DNA from: Camelus dromedarius
Lineage: Eukaryota
Assembly: GCF_036321535.1 (NCBI RefSeq)
Contig: NC_087436.1
Span: forward strand, 116,128,001 to 116,192,000
Reading direction: 5' to 3'
Length of the DNA stretch: 64,000 nt
The notes beneath the pieces are model-generated. The model worked only from the letters and a program-made list of their open reading frames with translations, was not told the DNA's origin and made no database searches. Shown piece by piece: positions 50,101 through 63,831 of this stretch (position 1 is the first letter of the stretch; the number at the start of each line of letters is the position of its first letter). The translations under genes were made by a program, and so were the position numbers.

Positions 50101-50939
50101 TTTTAAATGTGGCATTCAAAGCCTTTTGTAAGATTGTTCCAATTTACCTTCCTGTCCTCTTTCTCTGCTCGTCTATGTACTTGGTCACATTTTAAGACAC
50201 AAGAGTGCCAGACACACTAGCCTAGATTCCCAAACAGGACTCAATTTTTTATACCTCTTTGCCTTGCTCAAAACATGGTCCTCCCTTTGCTACCCAGCAG
50301 TGGCCCCCATGGTGTTCACAGCCCTGCTGATATACCACCTCTTAGATATAAATTCCCCTGGTCCTCACAGTGGAAGGACGTAGCACCTCCACAGCATCCC
50401 CAAAGCTGTTTATAAAAATATCACCGGTGGGACAGGCCTGACCATTCAGTGTCATGGTCACTCATAGGCCCAAGTCCCCAACCAGGTGCAAAGCCCGTCA
50501 GGAGGCCTGTGTCCCCTTGTCTCCCTTGCACCTCACACAGCACTGGCCTCACACCAGGTGCTCAAGAAAGGTTTGTTGAAGGAATATTTAGGTAGTTAGT
50601 AGGCAGTTGATAGATATTGGTGTTCCCCCACATGCCTTCATTTAGCATTTTCTTTCTCCACATTGAGAGGATGACTTACTTTTGAATCCAGGGGCATTTC
50701 AAGGGCAGGGCAGAGGGAGAATTCTGCCCTCGATGATCACACCGAGGGGCACATTGTACATCCAGAGTTTAAAAGCAGTCATGAAAAGCAGGTTTGCTTC
50801 TTATCACTGCCGTGCACTGGTGATGTTAAATGATGTTGGTGATAAAATATTCCTCCTCCTGCCCTCCCATGATTTCCTTCCTTATGCAGAATGCATCTGC
50901 CCATGTCCTGCCTGAGGGGTTCCTCCCAGGATTCGTTTG

Positions 50940-51330
50940 TCGATTCATTCATTTATCTATTTGGCAAATATTTATACAGCTACTGTATATGGCAGACATC
51001 AGTACACAATGGTGAACAAGAAAGAGGTGTTCCTTTTCTCTTGGAGCTTGAAATCTAGTTGAAGAGACAGAAAATGAAATGAGCACATGCACACGGGGGT
51101 GGTAATTGCTTTGAGGACAACATCCCGGGATGATGAGATTGTGATGACAGATGTGTGTCTTTAGACAGGGCTGCCAGTGACAGGGGAGTGGGCTGAAGCA
51201 AGAGAGCTGAGATCTGAGGGTTGAGAAAGGGCCAGACCTGTGGAGGGTGGGGAAGAGGGCTCTCAGCAGAGAGAAGGGCAAGCGTGCAGCCCTGAGGTGG
51301 GAAAATACATTATTTGGCGTCACATGAAAG
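50940..51330. mobile_element. L2 fragment
   Basis: attcattcattt...caaatattta...atggtgaacaaga...ggagcttgaaatctagttgaagagacag...agccctgaggtggg. Confidence 0.65.
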
Positions 51331-52659
51331 TTCCCAGTGAGGACCATGCGTGTGATTTTTCTGAAGTCTCCCGGATTTCTTCAGCTCAGCTGTACTCTAC
51401 ATACACTCCTGGTTGTTTACTCTGGGCACAGAGTAAAGCCTGGCAAAGAAATAGGGTATGTTTTGTCCCAGTGCAATTTCTCTTTGGCAAATTCTTGTGG
51501 GTGGTAGAGCTGGGCACGTGAACCCAGGCAGAGGGTCCAGCATCTCCCCTCTTGGGCATCATCTCTTGCTCTCCATCACATGGAGACTAACAAATGATGT
51601 TGGTCCAATAGCTCCCTTCCCCTCTAGGCTGTATTGCATCCCTGGAGTTTTGGATCATATTCTTTGGCTCCATTTGATCACAGAGCTCTCTGACACCGTC
51701 TCATCTGGCATCTGAATCCAGCAGATAAAATGCTAATACTCAGAGAGACTGAGTTACTTGCTTGTGGTCACACCGCTATTCAGTGGCAATGCTTAAGCTA
51801 ATAGAGGCGGTACCCTCTCCTAAGGACGAAGCAGATGTGGAACACTGTGAAAGGCACTTTGTATAGACTGCCTTTTCTCAACTGTCCCAGATGTTAGAGA
51901 GAAGGAAATGAGGGGAGGGAACTTAAGTGGCTGTTTACTGAGATTTTAAGAAGAAAATATCTCTCCTTTTTGCCTCTCATAGTATTTCTAGATGCTTATG
52001 CCTTTCAAAATACCCAGGCCGACTTTCCATAGACACTTTTGGGGACCCTTAGTGATCGATGTCAAATTATGCTTGCATTTGTTGCAAGAATCAGACCCGT
52101 CTACATAATACATGGTGTGGTGGGCTACACTTCAAAACTTGCCACCCCGAGTCTCTGAGTCAGTAACCCTTTGTGTAAGTGCCCCAGCGTTGGCCCAGAC
52201 CCCAAACAGCGCCAGAGAGGGTGGAGCTGGGATGGCAGCAGGACCTGCACTGATAACCTCCAGTCACCTGTGAGCTGGACATTCTCCTTCTGTGACTCCT
52301 ATGCTATTCAGTCTCTTCTTTTTGGAAAGTGAGAAACTGAGGGGCTGTGCGGCCAAATTTAAGAAATGTGTGTGCCGATCAAGGAAGACTTTATATCGAG
52401 GCCCACCCGCAGTTCTAGGAGCAGGAGGGAAAAATGTATCCTTCCCAAAGCCAAAATAATTACTAAGCAAAATCCAGATAATTGCTCAGACCCTCCAGGA
52501 ATATTTTTAAATTAATTGTAATAAAAGTGAATGACTATTTCCCCTCTCAAATTTGTAAATATTTAAATATATATAATGTATATGTATGTAATGTTTAGCA
52601 CTGATAAAGATCTAATGATAAATTAGGACATGTTTATATAACCTCAAGTTCAAATGTCG

Positions 52660-53260
52660 AAAACATTCCAGAGAGCAATTAAACAATGCGTATCAAGGTC
52701 CTCAATAATGAGCAGAGTCTTTTGCTAACTAATTCTGTTGTGGTAAGTCTCTTTCAAGGAAATAACAGTGTCTGAAGTAAAGAGTGATGAACAAAGATTG
52801 CACTGAAGTGATGTTATAATGGTGTTATTGTAAAAGCGATTTTGAAAGCAACCAAGTTGTCTGTTGACATACATATTCTATTTTTCTACCAATCTAAAAA
52901 TGTATTTATTATAAAACATATAAAATGAGAGATCTTGCTTAACTATTTTACAAACATCAGCCTACCTGGCATAAATCTGAAACAAATCTTGGTGTGAAGA
53001 AAATACTCTAACCTTTACATTTTCCAAGCCTCTGGGCCAGTCATCATCTGTATAACTGATTCAACATTAGCCAAGACCAGGAGCAGAACTGAAGAGGCTG
53101 GGATTGAAACATTAGCAGGGTTTGCATTGATGACAGTGTCTTGCTTGCCAAGATGTGGTTGTACTGAAATTCTTACATGTTCCATGAAAATATGGGAAAA
53201 CATTACCATGTTAGATAGAAAACACAGGATAAAAGTAAATTTATGATTACAGTATGTAAA
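52660..53260 (+). mobile_element. Old L1 (L1ME/MC-like) remnant
   Basis: Degenerate L1 3' motifs: agagcaattaaacaatg...caaggaaataa...aagcaaccaagttgtc...catgggaaaacattaccatgttag. Confidence 0.4.
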
Positions 53261-53870
53261 AAAATGCTCTTCTGGACAGTAGGAGGACTATAAATTATTC
53301 AGAAACCTGTTAACTGGGTGGTTTGTGTGGTGAGGTTGTAGATTTCTTTCTTTCTGCGTTTTTCCTTTTTTCTCCATTTCTCCCCACCCCCTGACTTTTA
53401 CTGGTCTCTTAAACTGAAAATATGTAACAACATTAAAGGCGTACAGTATAACTTCAGAGGAAGCATTTACACACTCAGTGGGGGGCATATTAAATGCTAT
53501 GATATTTTATTCAACACAGAACATCTAGTGTCACAAAGGAATGCGCACAGGGAATATGTTTTCCTAAGAGATGGCGAAGACTGGAAATGTAAGTAGACTG
53601 TGAAAAGTCTTGGACGTTGTTTGAATGGAAGGTATACAAAGGATTGCTGAATTCAGCAGGAAATTTAAGAGAACTACTTAGCTTTCAAATTTTGTTTTCT
53701 ATGAAATTCTTTCAAAATCTTTGGCACAAAAGCCTCAGACTGAAAGTAACAGAGTCCAGATTTTTAGATTCTATTAAAATCTGCCTTGTGGACTTGAAGA
53801 ACTTTTACCTGGAAAGATAGACGTGGCTCTTTCTGTTTGACTGCAGCGGATGGAGTCAGGCGTCCCATCA

Positions 53871-54270
53871 TGTCGGGCACCAATGAGGGACAGATGGCGA
53901 ACTCACATCGGGGTAATCTGAGATGGATTTATCAGTGGAGCTGACGACAAAGGAATGGGCGACCTGTAAGAGAACCACAAAGGGAAATGTGAGAGGCTAG
54001 TCAAAAAGCAGCATGAGGTGTCATCAGCACCCACTAGCTTGGGAGAAGCAGTGACTCCAGTTAGGGACTCGCCTGCCCTGTCGTATCCTCAGGTCAGGAC
54101 TCAAGGAAAGAAGTAACCTGACTTCACTCACTCACCAACGTCCTGCTGGATGTTGGCTAAATCCAACTGGAAATAAGAATACAGCCCCCAGAGACCACCC
54201 TCGTGGAGAAAAGCACAGGGTGGAGGAGAATGGAAAGTGGATCTAAAGTCAGATGGAAAGTAGCCTGAAC
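53871..54270 (-). mobile_element. ERVL LTR (LTR33-like)
   Basis: acagatggcgaactcaca...agaaccacaaaggga...ttggctaaatccaactggaa...agggtggaggagaatggaaagtggatct. Confidence 0.45.
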
Positions 54271-54919
54271 GCAGCCCCAGGAAGGAACAGCCAACCACGT
54301 ACAACAGCATGTTTTCCATCATTGCTGTTGATGAAAAGAAGCTGGAGGATCATTTATTTGGGAAATCCAAGCAGATCATGGTGTTTGGACCAGATGGCTT
54401 AACATTTTCCATTTAATTCTGAGGTGTTCTAATTCCAAGGTACCTCAACTGAACTAGACACATATAAATACTCAGTGCAGCTGCAATTGTGTTTTATGGT
54501 CACAGCCTCAAGTCAGGAGCACAGAGTTATTCATTCCTTTTACAGAGCAATCACCTGTTTGAGCATCCACACTGATGATCCTTGGAAGACTTCTACAAAG
54601 CAATAAAATCAATGATATATTTAATTGAAGGGTGGGTGTTGACAATGAACAAACACAACCCAGGAAGAATATATAATTAGAACTCTTCACATCTGTCACC
54701 CAAAGACCAGGGTGTCTGACAAGTACATTTTAATAAGAGCTGATGAATATCAAGTGTTCACCATGTACCAGGCACTGAGCCATGTGTTTTATATGAACTC
54801 AATGAATCCTGCCAAGGGTTGTTTGAATTGTGCACTGTTGTTGGTATCCTCTTATCTATGCCCAGAAGTAGCCAGACAAATGTACCACGCAGCTCTCTTC
54901 CTGGAGGAAGCATAATTTG

Positions 54920-55500
54920 ATGGTCCCAGCTGCTAGTCCCTTTGCCTTCATTACCACACTTTCCCTCGGGCGACCCCCAGCCCAATGACAGGGCACTCCG
55001 CTCCCATGCCAGGCAGAGGCGAGGCTCCTCTAATGAGTGACTGCCTCGAGAACACCTTATAGCCTGGCTAAAACTTTCTTGAAAGTGCACTGCAGCCAAA
55101 GATGCTCCCCACTCAAATCTTCTTCTTCCCTTTTCTTTTCACAGACATCCACGCAGGCCGCAGAAGGCCCTTCCTACCCCTACTATCCCCCTGCTGTTGA
55201 CAGTGCTGTGTTCCCCTCCCTGTTCCCAATCTCTCTTCCCCACTCTGTCTCTCTTCCATGTGAGGGCACAGTGAGAACGTGGCCATCTGAGATCCAGGAG
55301 GCAGGTTCTCACCAGAAATTCAATTGCCTGGGATCTTGGACTTCTCAGCCTCCAGACTGTGAGACAATAAATGTCTGTTCTTTATGCCTCCCAGTCTGTG
55401 GTGTTTTGTTATGGCAAATCTACTAATCTACTCCCTCAATAAATGTCTTACCTGTGCAATTCCCATCTTGGCATCTGGTTCTCAGCAGACCCAAACTAAT
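54920..55500 (+). mobile_element. ERVL LTR16-like element interrupted by an MLT1A-like 3' fragment (about 55240-55426)
   Basis: LTR16-like ends (gatggtcccagctgct...caataaat...ccatcttggcatctggttctcagcagacccaaactaa) flank the MaLR segment catgtgagggcacagtgagaacgtggccatct...ttggacttctcagcctccagactgtgagacaataaatgtctgtt. Confidence 0.6.
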
Positions 55501-57829
55501 GCTTGCACCGTCCAGGTGTTTGCCTAAGGACAAACCTAGGATGGGCCCAAACCCAGGCAGTTGGACTCAAGGGCCTGCCTGTTTACTGACTAAGCTGCCT
55601 GCCTCAGGAGTAGCTGACTAGCTTAACTTGCCCAGGGGCCTTTTTTGGAACACCGTCTATCTTCATTTAAACAAAGCATTTCTGCTTTCTTTATTTGTTT
55701 CGCCTGCCTTGAGGTCAGACATCTGCTGAATCTGATCTGAGACTTCTGCACTCGAGGAAAACAGCTCTGGTGCTTTCTTTCCTTCCTCGTGATGGAGGAG
55801 AGCTCAGATCCCCCTTCACTCTCATTCTCTGAGGCAACTTAGACAGATGTGAGTGTGACGGGTGCCAACATCTCCCAGCTGTGAAACCTCAGACACACTG
55901 GCTGCCCTGAGGCTTTGTTTAATTATATGGGAAAAAAATGAGACTGTCCATGCCTAACTCATGGTCACCTGGAGGACTTAGTGAGTTAACATTTAAGGAC
56001 CTAGGTCACCAGCTGATCCACAAGGCTATTTATAAACAATGTATTCCACCCCGATTTGGACCCATCTTTTGATTTATTTAAATTGATTGCTCTTGAATCT
56101 ATTGCACAAAAGTGTATAAAATATTACCCTTTGCAATACCCCTCTCCTCATGAGATCGCTCATGAATACTCCTGGGACATTCCACTTAGAAGCTCTGTCC
56201 AGACTGGACATGTCTCCTTCTATTTCTGGGAACCAAGAGAAAACTTTTGGATCTCCCAGCTTGGTTATCTCATCCCCAGAATTTCTCATGAACTTGACAA
56301 TCAAGTTCATACTAGCTCCTGAGTTACTGTCACAGCCTAGGTCAGAAGTGGCTTTTTCCAAGGGAAAAAAGTGAGTCAGGGAGGTCATTCTTTCTCATGA
56401 CGATCTGATCTTCAGCAAAGAGGAGTCTGCTTTTAACTATTTCTAATCATTCTTTACTTGAACTCATCTTAAAAACTTCAAAAAAAAAAAAACCCCAATC
56501 TTGAAGCCATTTTGAACATTGAAAATGAGAAGCAGTGTGCTATCCTGGAAATAGAATTAGCTTGATCATAGGCAAGAATCTGGCTCTGCTGCTAATGAGC
56601 TCTGCTACTTTAGACAAGTTCCTTGTTTGTTTTTCACAACTGGAACATTAGAATAACGCTCCCTTTCTTGAGATTTCTTCTTGTGAAGATTAAATGAAAT
56701 TAGGGACACGGAGTGCCTCGTTGCTGACCTGCAGAAGCACCTAAGTCAATGGTCACTGAGATTGTGCATGTCTGAGCTTAATATTTCCATTAATTGGGTA
56801 CCCACAGCATCTTTTCTCTTTCAAAATTGTTAAGTGTTCAAAGCTCTTCTGGGTTTTTGAGATAGTCTAATAAAGAATTTCCACTGTTTTTTATTTCCAA
56901 GATAGTCTAGGATGGCTTGTTAGAGCTTGAACATCCCAGTCATGATGAATATAGTTAATAGATGCTGTTACGGGTTTTTTTTTTCCTTTTGATTATTTAT
57001 TTTAAATGAAAAGAATTAGTAATTATCTCCATCAAATATAAGTTCTGTTGAGAAATCACGTTTTAGGTCCCACGCAGTACTCCTTTGGCTGTGTTTATTT
57101 CCTTGCCAATCTGGTCTTTAAAAGGCTCCTTTGGAATATACTAGGACACCCAGAAAGTCCCAGCAGACTTCCCCTCAGGCTTTACCTGCACTGTGAAATA
57201 CACGCAGCAGGCGCTGTTCCCTGTTCCCGAAAGTCGGGAAGAATTATACTATTCTCTGAGGAACAATGCACCTTACTGAGTTACCTTCTTAAAAGGGATT
57301 TTGTTGACTAAGTCATCATTTCTAAAAATCTTTAATATTTTTTGTTCTGTAGCTCACCTGAACGTGCCTCTCTGAAGGACAAGCTCTGATGCTGACAAGT
57401 ACGTGTACATACACGCATGTAATGTGCCCTGATTCCTTCATTGTACGAAACTTTCAGGGCTTCTTGGCCCCTGAGCAGGTGTTGCATCACAGCAAGGTGG
57501 GGTGCAAAGTTTCTGCATTCTTGTGATAATGGCGGTTTTCATGAGCCATCAGTTTGTGTTAATGGCTTTTATACACACTGCAGCAGGCCACCTTAGACAT
57601 TCTTTCCACATGTGTCTTCAGTTAAAAAATCAACTAAAAGGTAAATAAAATTTTATTTTAGGCTCCTGAGAAGAATCTGTAAGCCTTGCCTTTGATTTGG
57701 TGATACTCCAGCTCCCAAATGGGCCCCAGGACATCCTGTAAGCACAAGATGTGTCCCTGGGTCTGAGCTCCGTCTGCTCAGGGCGGGACAAGTGCCTGCA
57801 GCCTCAGCGCCCGAGTCCAGTGGGAGTCA

Positions 57830-58050
57830 GCAGAGCAGAAGTGATCCTGGGCTCCTGGCTCTATCGCTTCTTAGCTCTTTGAACTTAGACAAGTTACTTA
57901 AATTCTCCGTGCCCCAACTTCCTCTTTGTAAAATGAGAACATAACACCTGTTGCAGTGGCTTGCTGTGAGGACTAAGCAGGGTATTATATGTAAGTTGCC
58001 TGACCCCTAATAAGCCCTCAACAAATATGACCTATCATCATTACTGTTCT
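57830..58050. mobile_element. MIR SINE
   Basis: cctggctctatcgcttcttagctc...acttagacaagttacttaaattctccgtgccccaacttcctctttgtaaaatgag. Confidence 0.7.
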
Positions 58051-59763
58051 CTCCTCTCCCTCCAGGTGGTCCATGATACTGAGCCAAAGCCCACCCGCTC
58101 TGCTCCTAGCCTGCCAGTGTTCTTGTGCACAGCACTATGACCGACACACTGGCTCAGACAGCTAGGGGCCATGCTAAGCCTCACCACTCCTTAATGACTT
58201 TGGAAATTTGTTTCCTCTGCAATTTACTCTTCTCATCTGTAAAAGGGGTATCATAACATCATTAGCAGTGGTGTAAAGGCTACATGAGCTAATTCGTGTT
58301 ACGTATTTAAAAAAAAAAAAATCCCCCAGCAGCATTGATACTCAATAAATTATATCAAAATGGGTGCAAAACTGAGTTAATATCCAGCTTTAAACCAACA
58401 GTATATAGTGAGTCTGATCTTTTAAGAATTCCACCTTTGTGTCCACCTCCTGATGGTCATTCCTTCATTCATTCCTACAACAGTCAACTTACTAATTCAC
58501 TCACTAGCATTGTGTTTTGTTGTTGTTTTGACCATTATTCTGAAAAGCAGAGCGCTCACTTCTTTGCAGGGTAGAGGCACAGAGCAGGCGTCCCTCCTCC
58601 GGTTCTTACTGCTTGCCGGACAAGTCAGAATGCAGAGAGGGGCACTAAATACATCGCTACGCAGAAAAGTGAAACCATGCTAAATAAATATTCATAAAGT
58701 GCAGTTTAGGAAATGAATGTCTGTGCTGAGTGAATATGCATAAAATAAAACCTCATTGAGCAGGTACAGCATTTAACCAAGTTATAAAATTCATTAACCT
58801 GTAAGTACGTTCATCCATTAACAAATGAATCAGCTTTCCCTACTTTAGAAATGAATTCCTGACTGAATGGCTTGTTATACTGCGCCTTCCTTATTGAGGA
58901 CTGTTAACACAGGGGCAGTGAGCGGGAGGGGAGGAAGGCACAACTAGGGTGTCTTCCTTTTCGTTTTAACTGCCCTGAAGGTGTACCACGTCTTCAGCTA
59001 AGCCCCTTCTGTAGATTGTACAGTAGGGAAAGGACTCGGCATTTTTTGTTTTTGCTGTTTTTCATGTTTTTGACATTTACTAAAAGTCAACGTGCATACC
59101 CCATTTCATCTTCATAGGCAAGGCAGGACTCATTAACCCATTTCAGCCGGAGCTGCCGTCGACAGGGCTCCAGGCTACAAGTTCATCTCAGTGCAGGGAC
59201 GTGACCAGGGGCTGCCCGGTTGGAAAGCCTGGACTTTCGCTCACACCCTGCCAACCGTCAATGTTAACATTGGTAACAGCCTTACCCGGAGAATGAGAGC
59301 CAGACTGGAGAACAAATCCCTCCTGCAGGCTTTTGCCTCTGTTCGCAGACTTGCTGCCCAGACCTGCCGCCAGTGATACTGTTCTTGGCAATCTGACTGG
59401 CCTCCCTTCCTGGGCAGGTCGGCTCTACCGTAGCCCTCAGCGAAGCGCTGCTATGAATGCAGTTTTATCACACTGCAAACACTCTACATTCATGTGAAGG
59501 GAAACCCAGAGGCCTTTTTCCTTAATACTGGCTGGAATCAATCAGGTTCATTTTCTCTAAGAGAAACAATGCAAGCATTTAATGAAAGTTACGGTGATTG
59601 CAGGCCATGGAAATTCAGCGATCTGTGTCAGGCACGGGTGTTCTCGCCCCTCATTTCCTCCGAGGTCAGGAAACTGAAGCTCTCTCTTATGACTTTTATT
59701 GGCCAGTTCCAGTAGCTTGGAAGAAAAGAATACTTCAACAGTGTTTAAAGCTAAAATGACAGC

Positions 59764-60524
59764 TGTTATGGGTCGAAGTGTGATCCCCGAAGGGCACTTG
59801 TCGAAGTCCTAATGCCCAGTAACTCCAGACGTGACCTTGTTTGCAAAAGGGGTCTTTACACAGGTAATCGGGTTAAAGTGTGGCCATTAGCTGAGCCCTA
59901 ATGCAGTATGACGGGTGTCCCAGTACAAAGGAGGACCCTTGACACACATGGAGGGAAAACAGTGTAGAGAGGAAGGGAGAAGGCGATCACGTGAGTCTGC
60001 TCCGTAACAAGGTGCCGCTGGCTGGAAGGCTTAGAAAACAGAAGTGTGTTTTCTCACAGCTCTGTTTTAGAAGTCAGGGATCAAAATGTCAACAGGGTGG
60101 ATTTCTCCCAAGTCCTCTCTCCTTGGCTTTTTGAAGGCTGTCTTCTTCCTGTGTCTGCACACACTCCCCCCATGGGTGTCTGGGTCCGACTCTCCTCTTT
60201 CAGTCAGGTTACTGGAACTGGGCCCACCCATCAGAACTCATTTAACTTAATCACCTCTTTAGAAACCCTATCTCCAAACACAGTCGTATTCTGGAGTCCT
60301 CGGGGGTTAGGGCTTCAACACAGGAATTTGTTCAACACCATTGACCCCCAAACAACATCCGTCTACAAGCCCAAGAGAGAGGTTTGCTGCCAGACACTTC
60401 CCTTCCAGCCAACAGAAGGAACCGACCCTGCCAATGCTTTGATCTTGGACTTCGAGCCTTGAGACCTATGAGACAATGAAAGGGCTTTGTGGTACTTTGA
60501 CAGAAGCCACAGAAAACTCAGACA
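59764..60524 (+). mobile_element. MLT1B-like LTR interrupted by a second MLT1B-like LTR in reverse orientation (about 59989-60354)
   Basis: Outer element: tgttatgggtcgaagtgtg...gggagaaggcg | catccgtctacaagcc...ttgatcttggacttc...aaactcagaca. Inner element: gtaacaaggtgcc...tctcacagctctg...catttaacttaatcacctcttt...ggggttagggcttcaaca. Confidence 0.8.
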
Positions 60525-61014
60525 GTGACGTTTCCTTGAAGTGCCTGGCTGGAGTCTTAAACCACCAAGCGTAAAGGTCTAGGGATCATACCGAGTTACA
60601 GAAAAATAATGTGGCCTATTTTGCACCTGAGTTTATGTCCTGTAAAAGAGTTGTTCCTGTCTTGTATTGTTTAATTCTAGTCTCTCTTCAGGTCACTCTA
60701 TTGGGTTTTGAGTATTTTATAAATTCCTTAATTTTGATGGGGGAAAAAATTCATCACTTTTGTGTAGTAAGTATCCTGGGTAAAATTGATAGGGATTCAA
60801 AATTTACAAGAAAAAAAAAAGGATAAAAAATAAAGATCCTCATAAAGGCTGCAAAACAGAGCACCTTTTCTTCATCCCCTAAAAATGTTTATCCTAAGAC
60901 AAGGCAACAGTTCCTTCACTCATCTTCCAGTATTTCCTGAGTGACAGATCCAGCACTCCACCTCATTTGTGCTTCTCTGCTAAGTCTGGACCAAATTCTG
61001 TGCTCCTCAGTCTG

Positions 61015-61411
61015 TGTTATGGGTTGAATTGTGTCTGCCCAAATTAATATTTTTCAATCCTAACCCCCATTCCCCCACGATGTGATCACACTTGGAGGTA
61101 GGGTCTTTAAAGGAGAAATCAAGTTCAAGTGAGGTCACTGGGGTAGCCTGAGCCAGCATGACTGGTACCCTTATAAAAAAGGAAAATTTGGAGTTGCACA
61201 GAGACATAGGTAGACGATGATCATCTATAAGCCAAGGAGAGAGGTCTGGAGTCGACCCTTCCCCACAGCGCTCAGAAGAACCAGTACTGCTGCCACTTTG
61301 CTTTTGGACTCCTAGACTCCAGAGCTGTGAGACAAAAAAAAAAAAAAATCCACTGTTTAAGTCACTCAGTTTGTGGTGCTATTTTTACAGAAGCCCTGGC
61401 AAACTAGTACA
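61015..61411 (+). mobile_element. MLT1B-like solo LTR
   Basis: tgttatgggttgaattgtgtc...catctataagccaaggagagagg...ctccagagctgtgagac...cctggcaaactagtaca. Confidence 0.85.
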
Positions 61412-62502
61412 GCAGGACTCAGGTGTCTTGTCGCAGTCTGCCCTCACCTGCCCTAATCCAGCCTCCTCCTTAACCCCAAGCACCAGGTTTATCCCTCTGC
61501 AAACACTGTCTTCTGCCTCCCACTGTCAGCCACTCCCAGCGCAGGGCTTGCCCTGGAGGAGACTTTTAATAAACACCAGTGGAATGGATTTTACTTGCAA
61601 AGAGCGTAGATTGGCACAAGGAATCTTCAAGAAAGTTGTCTGAATAGAGGCACTGAATAAGGTCATTCTGTGTCTGACACATGGTATCAAGAAACAGCCC
61701 TAGGAAAAGTGAACAACATGGTCTTTGCTGTTTGACTTTGCCCTCAACTCCTGGTCAGTCATTCAACAGGGAACAGTTGTAATAGATGATTACAGGGATT
61801 ATGTTTTACTTCCTGAGACCACAGTGGACTGGAGAACATGTTCCCTCTGGTACCTTGGAGAACTCGAAGCATGAGACCTTCCTAAGAACAAGGTTCACAT
61901 CACCATTGCACATGATCTTTTGCCCTGTTCTCCAGGCGCTGTGCCTAAATGAGACTGCAGGAGCGAACCTGGTAGGAAAGTCCACACAACGCTTCCTTCC
62001 TAATTCTCAGGAAATTTTATTTTCTAGACTGACTCAATTTTTTGGAATTGGTAAGACTTGGCTCATTTAAACTTTTACATTTAGAATGATACAATTCGTG
62101 ATGGATTCTTTTGTTGCAATGAAGTACATCTTCCTGCGTTCTAAGACGGGAAAAAAAAGCAACTCTTTTCTGAAAAATTATTTTCGTGTCATGAGATCTT
62201 GTGGGACCTTCGTATGTACCGTTAAGCTGCATTGGAATGCAGCGGTCCCATAAGGGTTCATTTAGGTGAGTTAGACCTTACCTTTGATTGCTCTGTGGTA
62301 CAGAGATTGTTTTTTTGGAATTTCTGTTTCATCTTAGAGACAGCGTTTTATAAGGCTTCCATTCTTGGAGGATTCCTTTTCTAAATAAATCTTTTAAAAT
62401 CTTTCGCTACACAACACTTCATCTCCTGGTTATAAACTTATCTTTCGGGTTGACAAGAACTGGGGTCTTTATGTTTTGGATAACGACATCACAGGATCCA
62501 TG

Positions 62503-62728
62503 CCTTTATGTTCACGTGGTGTTATCCCTGCGTACCTGTCTCTAAATTTCCTCTTCTTTTAAGGATACCAGTCATACTGTATTAGAGCCCACCCTAATGA
62601 CCTCATTTAACTTAATTGCCTCTGAAGAACCTATCTTCAAGTACAGTCACAGTCTGAGGTGCTGGAGAATTAGAACTTCAAGATATGAATTTTGGGGAGA
62701 GAGACAGAGACAATTCAGCTTATAACAT
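62503..62728 (-). mobile_element. MLT1B-like LTR, partial
   Basis: aaatttcctcttcttttaaggataccagtcat...ttagagcccaccctaatgacctcatttaacttaatt...caattcagcttataaca. Confidence 0.8.
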
Positions 62729-63831
62729 CTGGCATTTCCAATGAGCAGCTCTAGCACTGGGATGGGGTCCCCTGACCTTTCCCTTGTCTCGGTCACCTCA
62801 TCTGTGAGAGGAAGCAGAGAATGCGCACCTCTCAGGACGCGTGTGAGAGTTTCTGACCATCTATGGGCAAGTGCTTTTTGAATGTCTAAGTGTTATCCGT
62901 GGATATTAGGCCAGAGAGGTGCCACCAGACCTCAATAGGACATATGTGTGAGAGCAGAGGGGAGTCGTCAGGGCACCTGCACTTCAAATCCTAATAAGGC
63001 ACATGAACAGTTTTTGATAAGCCCCTACCACGTGCTGGTATGAGTCTAGTTGAACTTATGGGGCACTCATGTTTGCGTGGTTCTGTCTGCAAAGGGCTGA
63101 GTGGGTTGAGCTGCAAGTATTGACTTGCTCACAATGGACTTGTTCCTTTTATTGACTGAAATTTGAGGAGGAGGCAAATGCACTGGGGGAGTCCTGGCCA
63201 CAGCCATAGTCACCGCCTGCAGGCTAAACTTAGAAATGGAACAGTCTGGAGCAGAAGCTAAGGGAACTTCTCTCTAGAAGCATGCTGGGGGCCAGAAGTG
63301 TGCACCAAACCCATGTGGGCACCAGAGGGTTGTGTAGGTCTGAAGATGTCTCCCTAGCTGGGCAGGACAGCAGGGATGGGCACCGTAGAACACACACCGG
63401 GAGGAGTGGGCACCAGTGACCTTGAGCCTGGATGTCAGCAGCTCAGAAATTTCCCAGAAATAATATTGCAGTGGAGTGGGCATGTTAAAGGGAACTGAGG
63501 TCCTGTGATTATGCTGGAAAGCTAGGTAACTAATGCTCATGGGATCTCATCTGTATCTCTAAGCTGCCAAGACTGGAGAGGTTTCATGTTTTTCATTTAA
63601 TTTCAACCTTATAAAAACCTGTGAGGTTGTTATCTTGCCCCATTTTAAGAATGAGGAGACAGAATCTTCAAATAAGCTATTTGTCTGCCTAAGTAGTTCC
63701 CAAATGATTCCTGCATCCCCTGCACAGTCTGGGCCACGTGTAGCTGCCACTTGTTCTTATTTTGTACCAGATATTTTCTTTAAGTTGATTTCCTTTTACT
63801 TAGAGTTGTCTTGGGAAATCAAAGGCATACC

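Noticed and set aside
59132..59160. TTAA-CCCATTT, resembling a piggyBac MITE terminus
   Set aside because: No matching opposite terminus was found.
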